DNA of 24,289 nt from a virus (lineage: Duplodnaviria > Caudoviricetes): positions 1 through 24,289 of the IMG/VR virus record IMGVR_UViG_3300030048_000321. One strand, given 5' to 3'. The stretch's first letter is position 1. Every line of letters begins with the position of its first letter. Both the position numbers and the translations under genes were made by a program. The notes under the pieces are model-generated. The model did no database searches, was not told where the DNA came from, and saw only the letters and a program-made list of their open reading frames with translations. Of the stretch, positions 8,006-15,830 are shown piece after piece.

Positions 8006-8359
8006 TTATTCACGTGCGGGCGAGGCGGGGGCTTGTGGCAGCACCACGGCTCCGGAAGGCAAGCTTTCGTCCGCGACCGCAGGTGCGGCTGGTGAGCGGT
8101 TGGGGGAGGGATCGCCCGCCCCCAAAGGGAGCGTCTGCGACCGTGCCAAAACCTCCACTAGTGTGAAAACTTCGCGCGCCAGGTACGTGGCGGCGCATTC
8201 ACCCTCCACCATCCAGGCACAGTTGTCGCGGCAGGCGATCTGCGTCAGCGGACAACGGTGCGGCGGAAACGGTTCTGTCTGTACCTCCGGCGCTGCGGGT
8301 CGGCTCTTGGGCAGTGGTGCGTGGGGGCGAATAAACTCCTGCTTTTTCCGGCCAAACAT
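8006..8359 (-). CDS. Hypothetical Pro-rich protein with a Cys4 cluster (about 117 aa)
   Basis: ATG overlaps the Dit stop (TAATG); RCPLTQIACRDNCAWMVEGECA; fills the Dit-Tal gap; alternative start 8368. Confidence 0.6.
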   Translation of the reverse strand: MFGRKKQEFIRPHAPLPKSRPAAPEVQTEPFPPHRCPLTQIACRDNCAWMVEGECAATYLAREVFTLVEVLARSQTLPLGAGDPSPNRSPAAPAVADESLPSGAVVLPQAPASPARE

Positions 8360-9156
8360 TAAATCCATCTCCCTCTTGCATGTGCCTTGGCGGTTGCCTG
8401 TCCGGATCCGCTGCCGAAGGTCAGTGCCACGGTTACGGTCGCAGGCCCGCTTGCGGTCAGGTAGTCAAAGCGCGTTGTCTTGTCCAGCGCGCTGGCGTCG
8501 CCGATGGTGGCGTCAATGGGGGCTTCCATGTTGATCCGCAGCGTTTCGCCAGCAGCCAGCATAAACTCTTTGTTGAAAATAGCCTGCCTGTCGCCCACAG
8601 CCACGGTGGCTTCGGTGATGGCTGCTGTTCCGGTGTTGGTAATGTCGCAACATACCGGCGCAGGCTCTCCCGTATACAGGGGTAGGGCAAGCGCGTGGGC
8701 GGCGGCATCCGTGATGGTTGCGCTTACGACTGCCTCCTGCAGGTCGTAGGCTTTTGGCTGGCAACGGATTTCAATGTCCAGCCCGCCGTCCGGCCATCCG
8801 CTTTCCGTGTAATCCGTGCCCGCGGAGATCTCCGCAAGCAGATACTTGTCCGGTTCAAAGTCCCACGTCAGCCGCCTGCGTCCCGCCTTCAGCCACGCGC
8901 CGATCTGCCGGTAGATGCGCATGGCCGCCGCATCACTTCCCGGCGTGTGCATGAGGTAGAGCGTCCCCTTGTGCTTCACCACTTCATGCGTGCGGTCGTC
9001 GCCATAGATCAGGTCGCCGTCCGCCCCGCTGATTTCAAAGGTGCGGAAGATGCTGTCTGGGCTTACCGGGCGGCTTTTGTTGAAAATGTAGAAGCAGTCA
9101 AAGTCCCGCAGGCAGTGCCGCCCGTCAAAGGTGAAGTTGCATTCAACAACGGACAA
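8359..9156 (-). CDS. Distal tail protein Dit (265 aa)
   Basis: TTG start with GGAAGGAGG SD; NFTFDG.HC..DF, EISGADG, RL.WD.EPDKY..A, RCQP.AY features; position between TMP and Tal. Confidence 0.82.
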   Translation of the reverse strand: MSVVECNFTFDGRHCLRDFDCFYIFNKSRPVSPDSIFRTFEISGADGDLIYGDDRTHEVVKHKGTLYLMHTPGSDAAAMRIYRQIGAWLKAGRRRLTWDFEPDKYLLAEISAGTDYTESGWPDGGLDIEIRCQPKAYDLQEAVVSATITDAAAHALALPLYTGEPAPVCCDITNTGTAAITEATVAVGDRQAIFNKEFMLAAGETLRINMEAPIDATIGDASALDKTTRFDYLTASGPATVTVALTFGSGSGQATAKAHARGRWI

Positions 9157-9193
9157 ATTCTATTCCCTCCCTTCCATACGTTTTTGCGTATAT

Positions 9194-9220
9194 AAAAACC
9201 GCCCCCGGTAAAGGGCGGTT
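9194..9220 (-). terminator. Intrinsic terminator closing the RHH/orphan operon
   Basis: AACCGCCC-8 nt-GGGCGGTT then TTTATAT on the minus strand. Confidence 0.75.
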
Positions 9221-9240
9221 ATGGGCTTACCATACGTTGG

Positions 9241-9498
9241 TCAACTGGCTTCAATAACGCTGCAGGTAACGCACTGTGCAACATCGTCCAGTTTGGCGCG
9301 AATGTCGTTCAGGTAATCATCCAGCAGCCACAGAAAATCGGTAACCTGTTGGGTATCGATACCGATTTGGGTTCCATCGTAGGCGCTTCGCATCATGCCA
9401 ATGGTGCTTTGCATCTTGCGAACCATCGTATCTGCGGTTTCCATCTCATCCAGAAAACCCCGGTTCTTTGGGTTGGTGAACTGGCTCAGCTTTCCCAT
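9241..9498 (-). CDS. Orphan small helical protein (85 aa), second gene of the RHH operon
   Basis: Strong SD GAAAGGAG 5 nt before ATG 9498; followed by a terminator; no recognisable family. Confidence 0.75.
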   Translation of the reverse strand: MGKLSQFTNPKNRGFLDEMETADTMVRKMQSTIGMMRSAYDGTQIGIDTQQVTDFLWLLDDYLNDIRAKLDDVAQCVTCSVIEAS

Positions 9499-9513
9499 GG
9501 TTTCTCCTTTCAG

Positions 9514-9543
9514 TTGACCCGAAAGAAGCGCATGTGGTATAAT
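9514..9543 (+). promoter_or_regulatory. Sigma-A/70 promoter for an antisense RNA
   Basis: TTGACC (9514-9519), 18-nt spacer containing TG, TATAAT (9538-9543): extended -10. Confidence 0.75.
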
Positions 9544-9549
9544 ATTCAT

Positions 9550-9620
9550 GCTTCCCTTCGGGGTTGTACGAGATAGGATGTTGCGAACTGTGGTAGGGGA
9601 GCAGCATCCTATTTTTCTTT
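9550..9620 (+). ncRNA. Predicted ~70-nt cis-antisense small RNA
   Basis: Bounded by the promoter above and a terminator (ATAGGATGTTGC/GCAGCATCCTAT stem 9573-9612 plus TTTTCTTT); 5' CCC-TTCG-GGG hairpin; antisense to the RHH/orphan intergenic leader. Confidence 0.6.
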
Positions 9621-9782
9621 GGCCAAAAGCAAATGAATCCCTTGACGTATCGCTTCGGTCTTGGTTATGCCATACATCAGACAGTATGCCGTTAACTTGG
9701 CATCCGTTTCCTTATCAATTCGAACCTTGATGTCTACATTTTTGGGATTCTCGATCTTTGGCCTTCCCATAGGTGGGGGCAT
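9609..9782 (-). CDS. Ribbon-helix-helix (CopG/Arc-like) transcriptional regulator (57 aa)
   Basis: MGRPKIENPKNVDIKVRID..T..KL..YC...GITKTEAIRQGI..LL, the typical Bacillota phage RHH pattern; AAAGGAGG SD. Confidence 0.85.
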   Translation of the reverse strand: MPPPMGRPKIENPKNVDIKVRIDKETDAKLTAYCLMYGITKTEAIRQGIHLLLAKEK

Positions 9783-9794
9783 TCCATTCGCCTC

Positions 9795-9836
9795 CTTTCT
9801 GTGTTCCATTATATATAACGGAACACAGAAAGTCAA
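9795..9836 (-). promoter_or_regulatory. Near-consensus promoter embedded in a 38-bp palindromic operator
   Basis: TTGACT-17 nt-TATAAT on the minus strand; palindrome CTTTCTGTGTTCC-ATTATATATAAC-GGAACACAGAAAG (9795-9832) with one mismatched pair. Confidence 0.85.
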
Positions 9837-9842
9837 GCATAA

Positions 9843-9871
9843 TTTCCAATTTCTATTCTTTGTGCTATAAT
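9843..9871 (+). promoter_or_regulatory. Promoter of the plus-strand moron
   Basis: TTTCCA-17 nt-TATAAT with TG extended -10 (TGCTATAAT 9863-9871), back-to-back with the RHH promoter. Confidence 0.7.
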
Positions 9872-9895
9872 GAGCAAAAACAAGGGGGCACTATC

Positions 9896-10645
9896 GTGAA
9901 AAAAATCATCGCTGCTCTGCTTTTGCTCTTCCTTTTGTTTGCCGATGTGTGTAATGCGGAAGAGTTGATTTTTAAAGAGAATAGTCGCGTTGTCGCAGGC
10001 ACCGATATTGACGCTGGAACATATACTATAAGCGATGTTAAAGATGATGATTATAGCACTTTCGCAATTTTAGATACAGACAAATCAGTGTTGGACTCCT
10101 TTACCCTAGGGTTGTTTGAGGATTCGACAATTGTTACTCTTGAAGAGGGACAAATGATTATGTTGATGATAGGCAGCATATCACTTGCTCCACTCTCGGA
10201 GGAACAATCCAAGGCTGTTATGGCATCTGATCCCTATCTCAATGCGATTGATGGGGTTGACCTCCATCAAGCATTCGCAAAAGCGGAAGATATAGCTGAA
10301 GCATCCGGAGACTATCCCTTGCTCAAAAGCGTGGGCTTCAATTATGACGAGAAACTTAACACCATATCAATCACTATTTGGCTCCTAGATGATGCCACGG
10401 TCGATATTGCAAATACGTATGCTTACGATATGGTTCGCATGGTGAACACTTGTTGCATCTACCAGAACACCAGCATCGCTCCTTCGGCGCCGAAATACCT
10501 CGGGGGCATTTACGATGTGGTGAACTGCACCCTTCTCGCCTGTCGCTGGAACGACATGCCTGACATCACCAAGGCGTTGGTAAACCATATTATACCCGTT
10601 GGCACCCAAGGCTTCGGAACCGTGGATGCCAACGAGCTCAAGTAA
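9896..10645 (+). CDS. Secreted/surface acidic protein of unknown function (moron, 249 aa)
   Basis: GTG 9896 with AAGGGGG SD; Sec-type signal MKKIIAALLLLFLLFADVCNA|EE; lower GC; own promoter; opposite strand to the structural operon. Confidence 0.85.
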   Translation: MKKIIAALLLLFLLFADVCNAEELIFKENSRVVAGTDIDAGTYTISDVKDDDYSTFAILDTDKSVLDSFTLGLFEDSTIVTLEEGQMIMLMIGSISLAPLSEEQSKAVMASDPYLNAIDGVDLHQAFAKAEDIAEASGDYPLLKSVGFNYDEKLNTISITIWLLDDATVDIANTYAYDMVRMVNTCCIYQNTSIAPSAPKYLGGIYDVVNCTLLACRWNDMPDITKALVNHIIPVGTQGFGTVDANELK

Positions 10646-10648
10646 TAG

Positions 10649-13600
10649 TTATACCAGCGTCATTCGGCTGTTTCGGCCGCTCACGCTCTTGGTGCTCCGC
10701 CTGCGGGTGGCACGACTCACGTCCGGCTCCAGTGTGGTGGCCATTAGCTTACCATCGATGGTCATGATGGCCGTCCCGATTCCGGCGCTCTTGTTGGCAG
10801 CCGCAACCTCTGCGCCCAACCGTGCATAGTCCAGCGTGAAGGGCGTGCTGGCTGCGCTGCGTGTGCCCACGGCAGTGCTTCCGGCCGCCGTGCGGCTAAG
10901 CCCGGCGGCGGCCTCCACCACGCCCTGCATGTTGCGCTCAATGCCGCGGCCGAAGCCTGCGTCGTACTGTTCGCCAATTCCCTCCATCACGTGGCTGGGG
11001 CTTCGGATATCCAGCTCGTTTTTGGCGGCCTGGTAGGCAGCCCGCGCCGCCGCCCTGGCCGCGCTGGTAATCACAGAAGTGTTGTTGCGAATGCCGCGCG
11101 CCATGCCCTGGTCGATGGCTTCGCCGATGCTTTCAAAGTTGATGCCGCTGCGGCCTACAACGCTCCACAGGGCGCTGCTGGCCGCCGTGGCCAGTGCGCC
11201 GGCAGAAGTCGCCACGTCCGTACGCTGCCCGTCCAACCCGCGTTTTACGCCCTTTCCGATGGCCCCTCCCAGTAGCATCCCCTGCGCTTCGGTCAGGATA
11301 GCCGCTATGGCCTTGGTTACGGTGGTGGCCATGGTGCTTCCGGCTGCGGCGTTGGTTACGGTGCTATCCTCAATGGCGGTTTCAATGGCGGCCATCATGC
11401 CCTGGGCGGTCAGCGTAATGCTGGCCGCGATCGTTTCCATGGTGGTCAGCGCCGTAGCCGCGTCAGTGGTAATGGTGGTCAACAGCTCGGCGATCTTGGT
11501 TTGCGCCGCTTCGGCGGCAGCCTGCGCGCCCTTGATATCTTCGGCAGTGGCGAGGATTTTTTCAGCTTCCGTGGCAATTTCATCGCCCGCTACCTTTGCC
11601 CCGTCGGCAGCCTCTCCGGCGGCATCCTTGCCGTCGGCCAGCTTGCCGGTAGCAATCTCCATCTTTCCCGCGCCTTCCAGCGCGGAATCGCCCCCGGCGT
11701 TGATGGCGTCACCTGCCGCCTGCCCGGCGGTTCCGGCGGCAGTGGCGGCGGGAGTCATGGCGTTATAGGCAGCAGTTTCTTTAGTAATCGTTTCAACAAT
11801 GCCATCCAACTTCTGCTTCGTTGCTTCGGCACCGTCCTGATACTCTTTCATCTTGCCCTGCGCGGTATCCACAACGCCTTTTTGATCGGATAACGCGCTA
11901 TTTGTTCCACTTACCGCATCGCCAAGCTGTGACATGGCGGAATCATAGGCGGCAATTACATCGGTTCCGTCCTTCAACTTTACGGTGCCGTCGGCAAGCA
12001 CATCCACGAACCCGGCCATGGGGTTTTCTATGCCGCTGAACTGCTTTATGGTATTGTAGATCTGCGTAAGGTTTTCCTCGAAGGCTGTCAGGCCGCCCCC
12101 TCCGGTGCCGAAGATGTTATCAAACATTCCCTGCGCGTTGTCTGCCGCTGTTTGCAGCTCCGTCAACTTGGTTTGCGCTTCCTGGTACTTGGCGGTCTGA
12201 TCATCCAGCTTAATGTTGAACTCGGCAAGCGCCTGCCCTACGGTCTTCAGGTAGTCCTGATATCCTTCTACTAAGGCCAACTGTGCAAGCGCGTTAATAT
12301 TGTTCTGGATGGCCTGCGTGTTGGTGTTGAACAGCCCTGTGGCAGGGTCGATGTACTGGGCTAGTTGCGGATACAGCTCCGCAATCTGTTCAGCGTATCC
12401 GGCCATCAGGGTCAGGTCGGCATCAGTTTTAATATCCTTCTTTTCCAGCTGGTCATACAGGGCCAGTAGCTCGGTCGCCAGCGTTTTCTTCGCTTCGGCG
12501 TCCGTCTGCGAGCTTTCAAGGTTTGAGTCGGCTTTGTCCAGCACCGTCTTAAAGGCGGCCCATGCCTTTTCGGTGGCCCCAAACTGTTGCTCATAGGCGG
12601 CGGCTATCTCATCGGCATTCGTGAAGGCGGCGGTAATCGCGTCCCCAAGGCTGCCCACCAGTTCCATGGCCATCCCGCCCCAGTCGGCGTCCAGCAGCCC
12701 TTTCACCAGTTCCCCGATGATCATCGGCCCCTTGGCGATCAACATGCTGGCGTTCTTCACCAGCGCGACCGCGAACTTGCCCAGCAGCTCCACAGCACCG
12801 CTCACGATGTCCCTGAGCCCGTTACCGCTCACCAGCCCGTCGATGAAGCTTTCGACGATCTCTCCGGAGGCGTCCACCAATTCCGGCGCGGCATCAATCA
12901 GAAAATCCACCAGGCTTTTAATCAGGTCAGCGGCCATGGTGCCGATTTCATCGCTGTTGTCCGACATGGAGTCCAGGAAGCCGCGCAGCAGCTCCAGCGC
13001 CGCAGGGGCCAGGTCGCCCACCAGTTTGGGCAGTTCCTTGGCCAGCACCGCGATAATGGCTTTCGCGGCCTTCGTGGCCACGGGGATCGCCTTGCGGATG
13101 AGCGGGGTGATGTCGGCAAGCGCATCTTCCAAACTGCCCATCAGGTCGTCCATGATGGTTTCCAGCTCGCCCGGCTGCAGCCCGTCCTTCAGCGCGGCGC
13201 TGAGCTTGCCCATGCCGTCCGAGGCGGCGTCCACCAGCGGCTGGAAGGCGGGCACCAACAGCAGCCCAATGGTGTTGGCCAGCCCGTCGGCAGTGGCGTT
13301 CATGCGCTGCATGGAATCATCAAAACCGCCCAGCGTGGCCAGCTGGCTGTCGCTGAACACCGTGCCCATCTTTTCGGCTTCATTGCCAAGTTTCGTAATG
13401 GCGTCTCCGCCTGCCTCAATCAATGGGTTTAATTCCTGAGCGGATTTCCCGAACAGATCCATCGCGGCCGCGTCGCGCTCGGTTTCATTGGTCATTTTAC
13501 CCAACGCATCGATGGAGTCGGCAAAGATATCCTCGCTGTCGCGCAATTCGCCCGTGACCTTGTCGCGAATATCAACGCCCAGCGCCTTGAATTTCTCCTG

Positions 13601-14347
13601 CGCAGTCTTGCTGCCGTCGGCCGCATCGCCCACCGTCTTGGTCATCTTGGCCATGCTCTTGGTGATGGTGTCCACCGGCGTGTCCATAAAGTTGGCGGCA
13701 TACGTCCACTTTTGCAGCTGGTCGGCGGCAATGCCGGTCTGCTGGCTGGTGGTCAGCACATCGTCGGCCATGCTGCCGGCGCTCTTGCTAAGTTCAAACC
13801 CCTTCTTTGCGGCCTGCAGAGCAAATTCGCCCATGTCTTTAAGCGCAGTACCGGCCGCCTTTACTGCGGTGATAAAAGCGCCGTTGATAGCGCCAGCCAC
13901 GTTTCGGATCCCGGCAAGGAAGGCCACGCCGATGGCTGCAACCACCAGCGCGGTTTCGGCCTCAAAGTCGGCCATCGCTTGGGTGTTTTTCTTTAACTCT
14001 GCATCCGCGTTGGCCATTTCGGCGTTTGCTTCGTTCAGCACCAGTTGAAGATTGCGGGTTTCATCGGCATTTTCGCCGTACTTTGCCCGGCATTTTTCCA
14101 GCATGTCCCGCAGGGTAACCACCTTTTGCAGCTGCAGGTCGTATTTCTCGTTCAGCTCACCCTGCCGCCGCTTCAGGTTCTCCATGGTCGCGCCTTGCGC
14201 CTTGAACTCGGCGGTGGTCACGCTCATTTCGCTCTTGAGCATCTTCATCCGCTGGCCGATGCCTTCGAGCGCTTCCCGGTACTCCTTTTCCCCGCCAATC
14301 CCTATGCTTGCGCGGAGCTTCGGATCACTTCCGCCTTTCTTGCCCAT
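10649..14347 (-). CDS. Tail tape measure protein (about 1232 aa)
   Basis: Long Ala-rich helical protein after the chaperones; N-terminal IGIGGEKEY, core MDLFGKSAQELNPLIEAG, C-terminal LDIRSPSHVM; start set at ATG 14347 by the AAAGGGGG SD. Confidence 0.93.
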   Translation of the reverse strand: MGKKGGSDPKLRASIGIGGEKEYREALEGIGQRMKMLKSEMSVTTAEFKAQGATMENLKRRQGELNEKYDLQLQKVVTLRDMLEKCRAKYGENADETRNLQLVLNEANAEMANADAELKKNTQAMADFEAETALVVAAIGVAFLAGIRNVAGAINGAFITAVKAAGTALKDMGEFALQAAKKGFELSKSAGSMADDVLTTSQQTGIAADQLQKWTYAANFMDTPVDTITKSMAKMTKTVGDAADGSKTAQEKFKALGVDIRDKVTGELRDSEDIFADSIDALGKMTNETERDAAAMDLFGKSAQELNPLIEAGGDAITKLGNEAEKMGTVFSDSQLATLGGFDDSMQRMNATADGLANTIGLLLVPAFQPLVDAASDGMGKLSAALKDGLQPGELETIMDDLMGSLEDALADITPLIRKAIPVATKAAKAIIAVLAKELPKLVGDLAPAALELLRGFLDSMSDNSDEIGTMAADLIKSLVDFLIDAAPELVDASGEIVESFIDGLVSGNGLRDIVSGAVELLGKFAVALVKNASMLIAKGPMIIGELVKGLLDADWGGMAMELVGSLGDAITAAFTNADEIAAAYEQQFGATEKAWAAFKTVLDKADSNLESSQTDAEAKKTLATELLALYDQLEKKDIKTDADLTLMAGYAEQIAELYPQLAQYIDPATGLFNTNTQAIQNNINALAQLALVEGYQDYLKTVGQALAEFNIKLDDQTAKYQEAQTKLTELQTAADNAQGMFDNIFGTGGGGLTAFEENLTQIYNTIKQFSGIENPMAGFVDVLADGTVKLKDGTDVIAAYDSAMSQLGDAVSGTNSALSDQKGVVDTAQGKMKEYQDGAEATKQKLDGIVETITKETAAYNAMTPAATAAGTAGQAAGDAINAGGDSALEGAGKMEIATGKLADGKDAAGEAADGAKVAGDEIATEAEKILATAEDIKGAQAAAEAAQTKIAELLTTITTDAATALTTMETIAASITLTAQGMMAAIETAIEDSTVTNAAAGSTMATTVTKAIAAILTEAQGMLLGGAIGKGVKRGLDGQRTDVATSAGALATAASSALWSVVGRSGINFESIGEAIDQGMARGIRNNTSVITSAARAAARAAYQAAKNELDIRSPSHVMEGIGEQYDAGFGRGIERNMQGVVEAAAGLSRTAAGSTAVGTRSAASTPFTLDYARLGAEVAAANKSAGIGTAIMTIDGKLMATTLEPDVSRATRRRSTKSVSGRNSRMTLV

Positions 14348-14438
14348 GTAGCCGCCCCCTTTGCCGATTGTTCGGGTATCCGTCCATTCCGAGGCCGCCA
14401 TGGTCGCCGATCATGCGGCAGCTGCCTTCAGGCGTCGT

Positions 14439-14469
14439 AAGAAGGCCGAACGTAATCCACGCTCGGCCT
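14439..14469 (-). terminator. Hairpin/weak terminator between the chaperone and TMP genes
   Basis: AGGCCGAGCGT-GGATT-ACGTTCGGCCT then TCTT on the minus strand. Confidence 0.45.
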
Positions 14470-14485
14470 GTTATCGTTCAATCTG

Positions 14486-14710
14486 TTACGGCTTTGGGAT
14501 GTCGGCCAGCCGCATGCGCGTAGGTGCGATGGGCCGCTCAATTGCTTTGCCGCTATCCCCCTTGGTGGCTACCAGCTCAGCCTGTATCAGCAGCACCGCC
14601 CGCGGGCTCATCGCCCAGAAGTCATGGGCGCTGATGCCAAGATCCAGCGCGTGAAACATCATCCACGCCCACGGAAAATGCCCTTCTTCGTCCGCGGCGT
14701 GGGTGGCACG
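14486..14710 (-). CDS. Tail assembly chaperone gpT-like C-terminal extension (-1 frame; gpGT about 212 aa)
   Basis: -1 frame reads RATHAADEEGHFPWAWMMFHALDLGISAHDFWAMSPRAVLLIQ...; absent from the ORF track; LG.S..DFW.MSP is typical of gpT-like domains. Confidence 0.8.
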   Translation of the reverse strand, partial: RATHAADEEGHFPWAWMMFHALDLGISAHDFWAMSPRAVLLIQAELVATKGDSGKAIERPIAPTRMRLADIPKP

Positions 14711-15123
14711 TTTTTTGCGTCATGCTCCGGAAGCGACCGCGCAATGGCCTTTTGCAGCACCTCGGCCATGCCGTCGATCGCGCTAACGCTAAAAAGTTCA
14801 TCAAACTTCTCCCAACTCATTTCTGCGCCACCGCCGATCAACGCGCCATAATAAAGCGCCATCAGCGCACGGTGCATAAACCGGGACGCTTCTTTCAGGA
14901 TTGCATAATAACCAACGTCGCGACCGTATTGCTCGGCGTAAATATCCTCACAAACGCGCGCAGCCTTATTGTTGAAAATAAGCACATACCGTGTCTCGCC
15001 AAGGGTTATGGCCATTTCAGGTGCTGCGATATCCCGGCCGCGCACATCCCCCACCACAGGGGCGGTCGCGGGGGCTTCCACTTTTGCCCCGGAAGGGTTA
15101 AACGGAAAAACGTTACTCGTCAT
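14659..15123 (-). CDS. Tail assembly chaperone gpG-like (154 aa)
   Basis: ATG 15123 with AAAAGGAG SD; lies between the major tail and TMP genes; slippery site near the 3' end. Confidence 0.82.
   Translation of the reverse strand: MTSNVFPFNPSGAKVEAPATAPVVGDVRGRDIAAPEMAITLGETRYVLIFNNKAARVCEDIYAEQYGRDVGYYAILKEASRFMHRALMALYYGALIGGGAEMSWEKFDELFSVSAIDGMAEVLQKAIARSLPEHDAKNVPPTPRTKKGIFRGRG
14663..14716 (-). other. Programmed -1 ribosomal frameshift signal
   Basis: A AAA AAC heptamer (14716-14710) in the correct register, 7-nt spacer, then a CCACGCC-GCGGA...TCCGT-G-GGCGTGG stem (14702-14663). Confidence 0.82.
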
Positions 15124-15145
15124 AGCAATTCTCCTTTTCAAATAG

Positions 15146-15175
15146 TCATCGGCCGGGAGTTTTCCCGGCCGATGA
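15146..15175. terminator. Perfect 13-bp inverted repeat after the major tail gene (terminator/mRNA stabiliser)
   Basis: TCATCGGCCGGGA-GTTT-TCCCGGCCGATGA; poor U-tract. Confidence 0.55.
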
Positions 15176-15188
15176 TGGGTAGGCCGCT

Positions 15189-15785
15189 TTACACTACGGC
15201 GGTTTCGTATACCGTGCCAAACCAACCGGCGGCGGTGGGCGCGTCGGCGGTGTCACTGTCCTCATCCAGGATGGCGCACAGCTTGTGGTCGTTCATGCGG
15301 CGGTCAAACGCACCCTCCACCTTGGGCGTCTGGTACTCGATCTTGTCCGAGTCGGTCTTGCCGCTCTTTTCCGGCTCATAGAACTCGCCTTTGTAAAGCC
15401 ACCAGAGCTCCTTGTGGCCGTTATCGCGCGTAAAGCACAGGCCCAGCGCGCACTTGGCGGGGTCGGTGTCGCCGCTGAGCGTCTGCACGCCCTTGGCGTC
15501 GGTTACGCGCGCGAACATGGTGCCCTGAAGCGCCGCGGGGATGTCATCCAGGTTCAGGGTTGCGTCATAGCCGTCGATCTTCTTCTTTCGCCGCACCACG
15601 ATGTTGCTGGCGTCCAGCCTGCCTTCACGGTAGCGGGGCTTCAGGCCAATCTCGATGGATTTGCCAAGCACCTGCGGGGTACCGTATACGGGCGCGGTAC
15701 CCACCGCATCAGGTGTGGTCATGAACGCGACGTACACGTCCGCCACACCGTAAAAGTAACCCGGGGTCGGGGTAGTCGTAGGCAT
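15189..15785 (-). CDS. Major tail (tube) protein, phi13-like family (198 aa)
   Basis: ATG 15785 with GAAAGGAG SD; GVADVYVA, YGTP..LGKSIEI, WLYKG.F.EP....KT...KIEYQTP..EG.F.RR motifs. Confidence 0.9.
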   Translation of the reverse strand: MPTTTPTPGYFYGVADVYVAFMTTPDAVGTAPVYGTPQVLGKSIEIGLKPRYREGRLDASNIVVRRKKKIDGYDATLNLDDIPAALQGTMFARVTDAKGVQTLSGDTDPAKCALGLCFTRDNGHKELWWLYKGEFYEPEKSGKTDSDKIEYQTPKVEGAFDRRMNDHKLCAILDEDSDTADAPTAAGWFGTVYETAVV

Positions 15786-15830
15786 AAGGGGTCTCCTTTC
15801 CGCGCGCGCCACCAGGCGTGCGCCGTGGGG

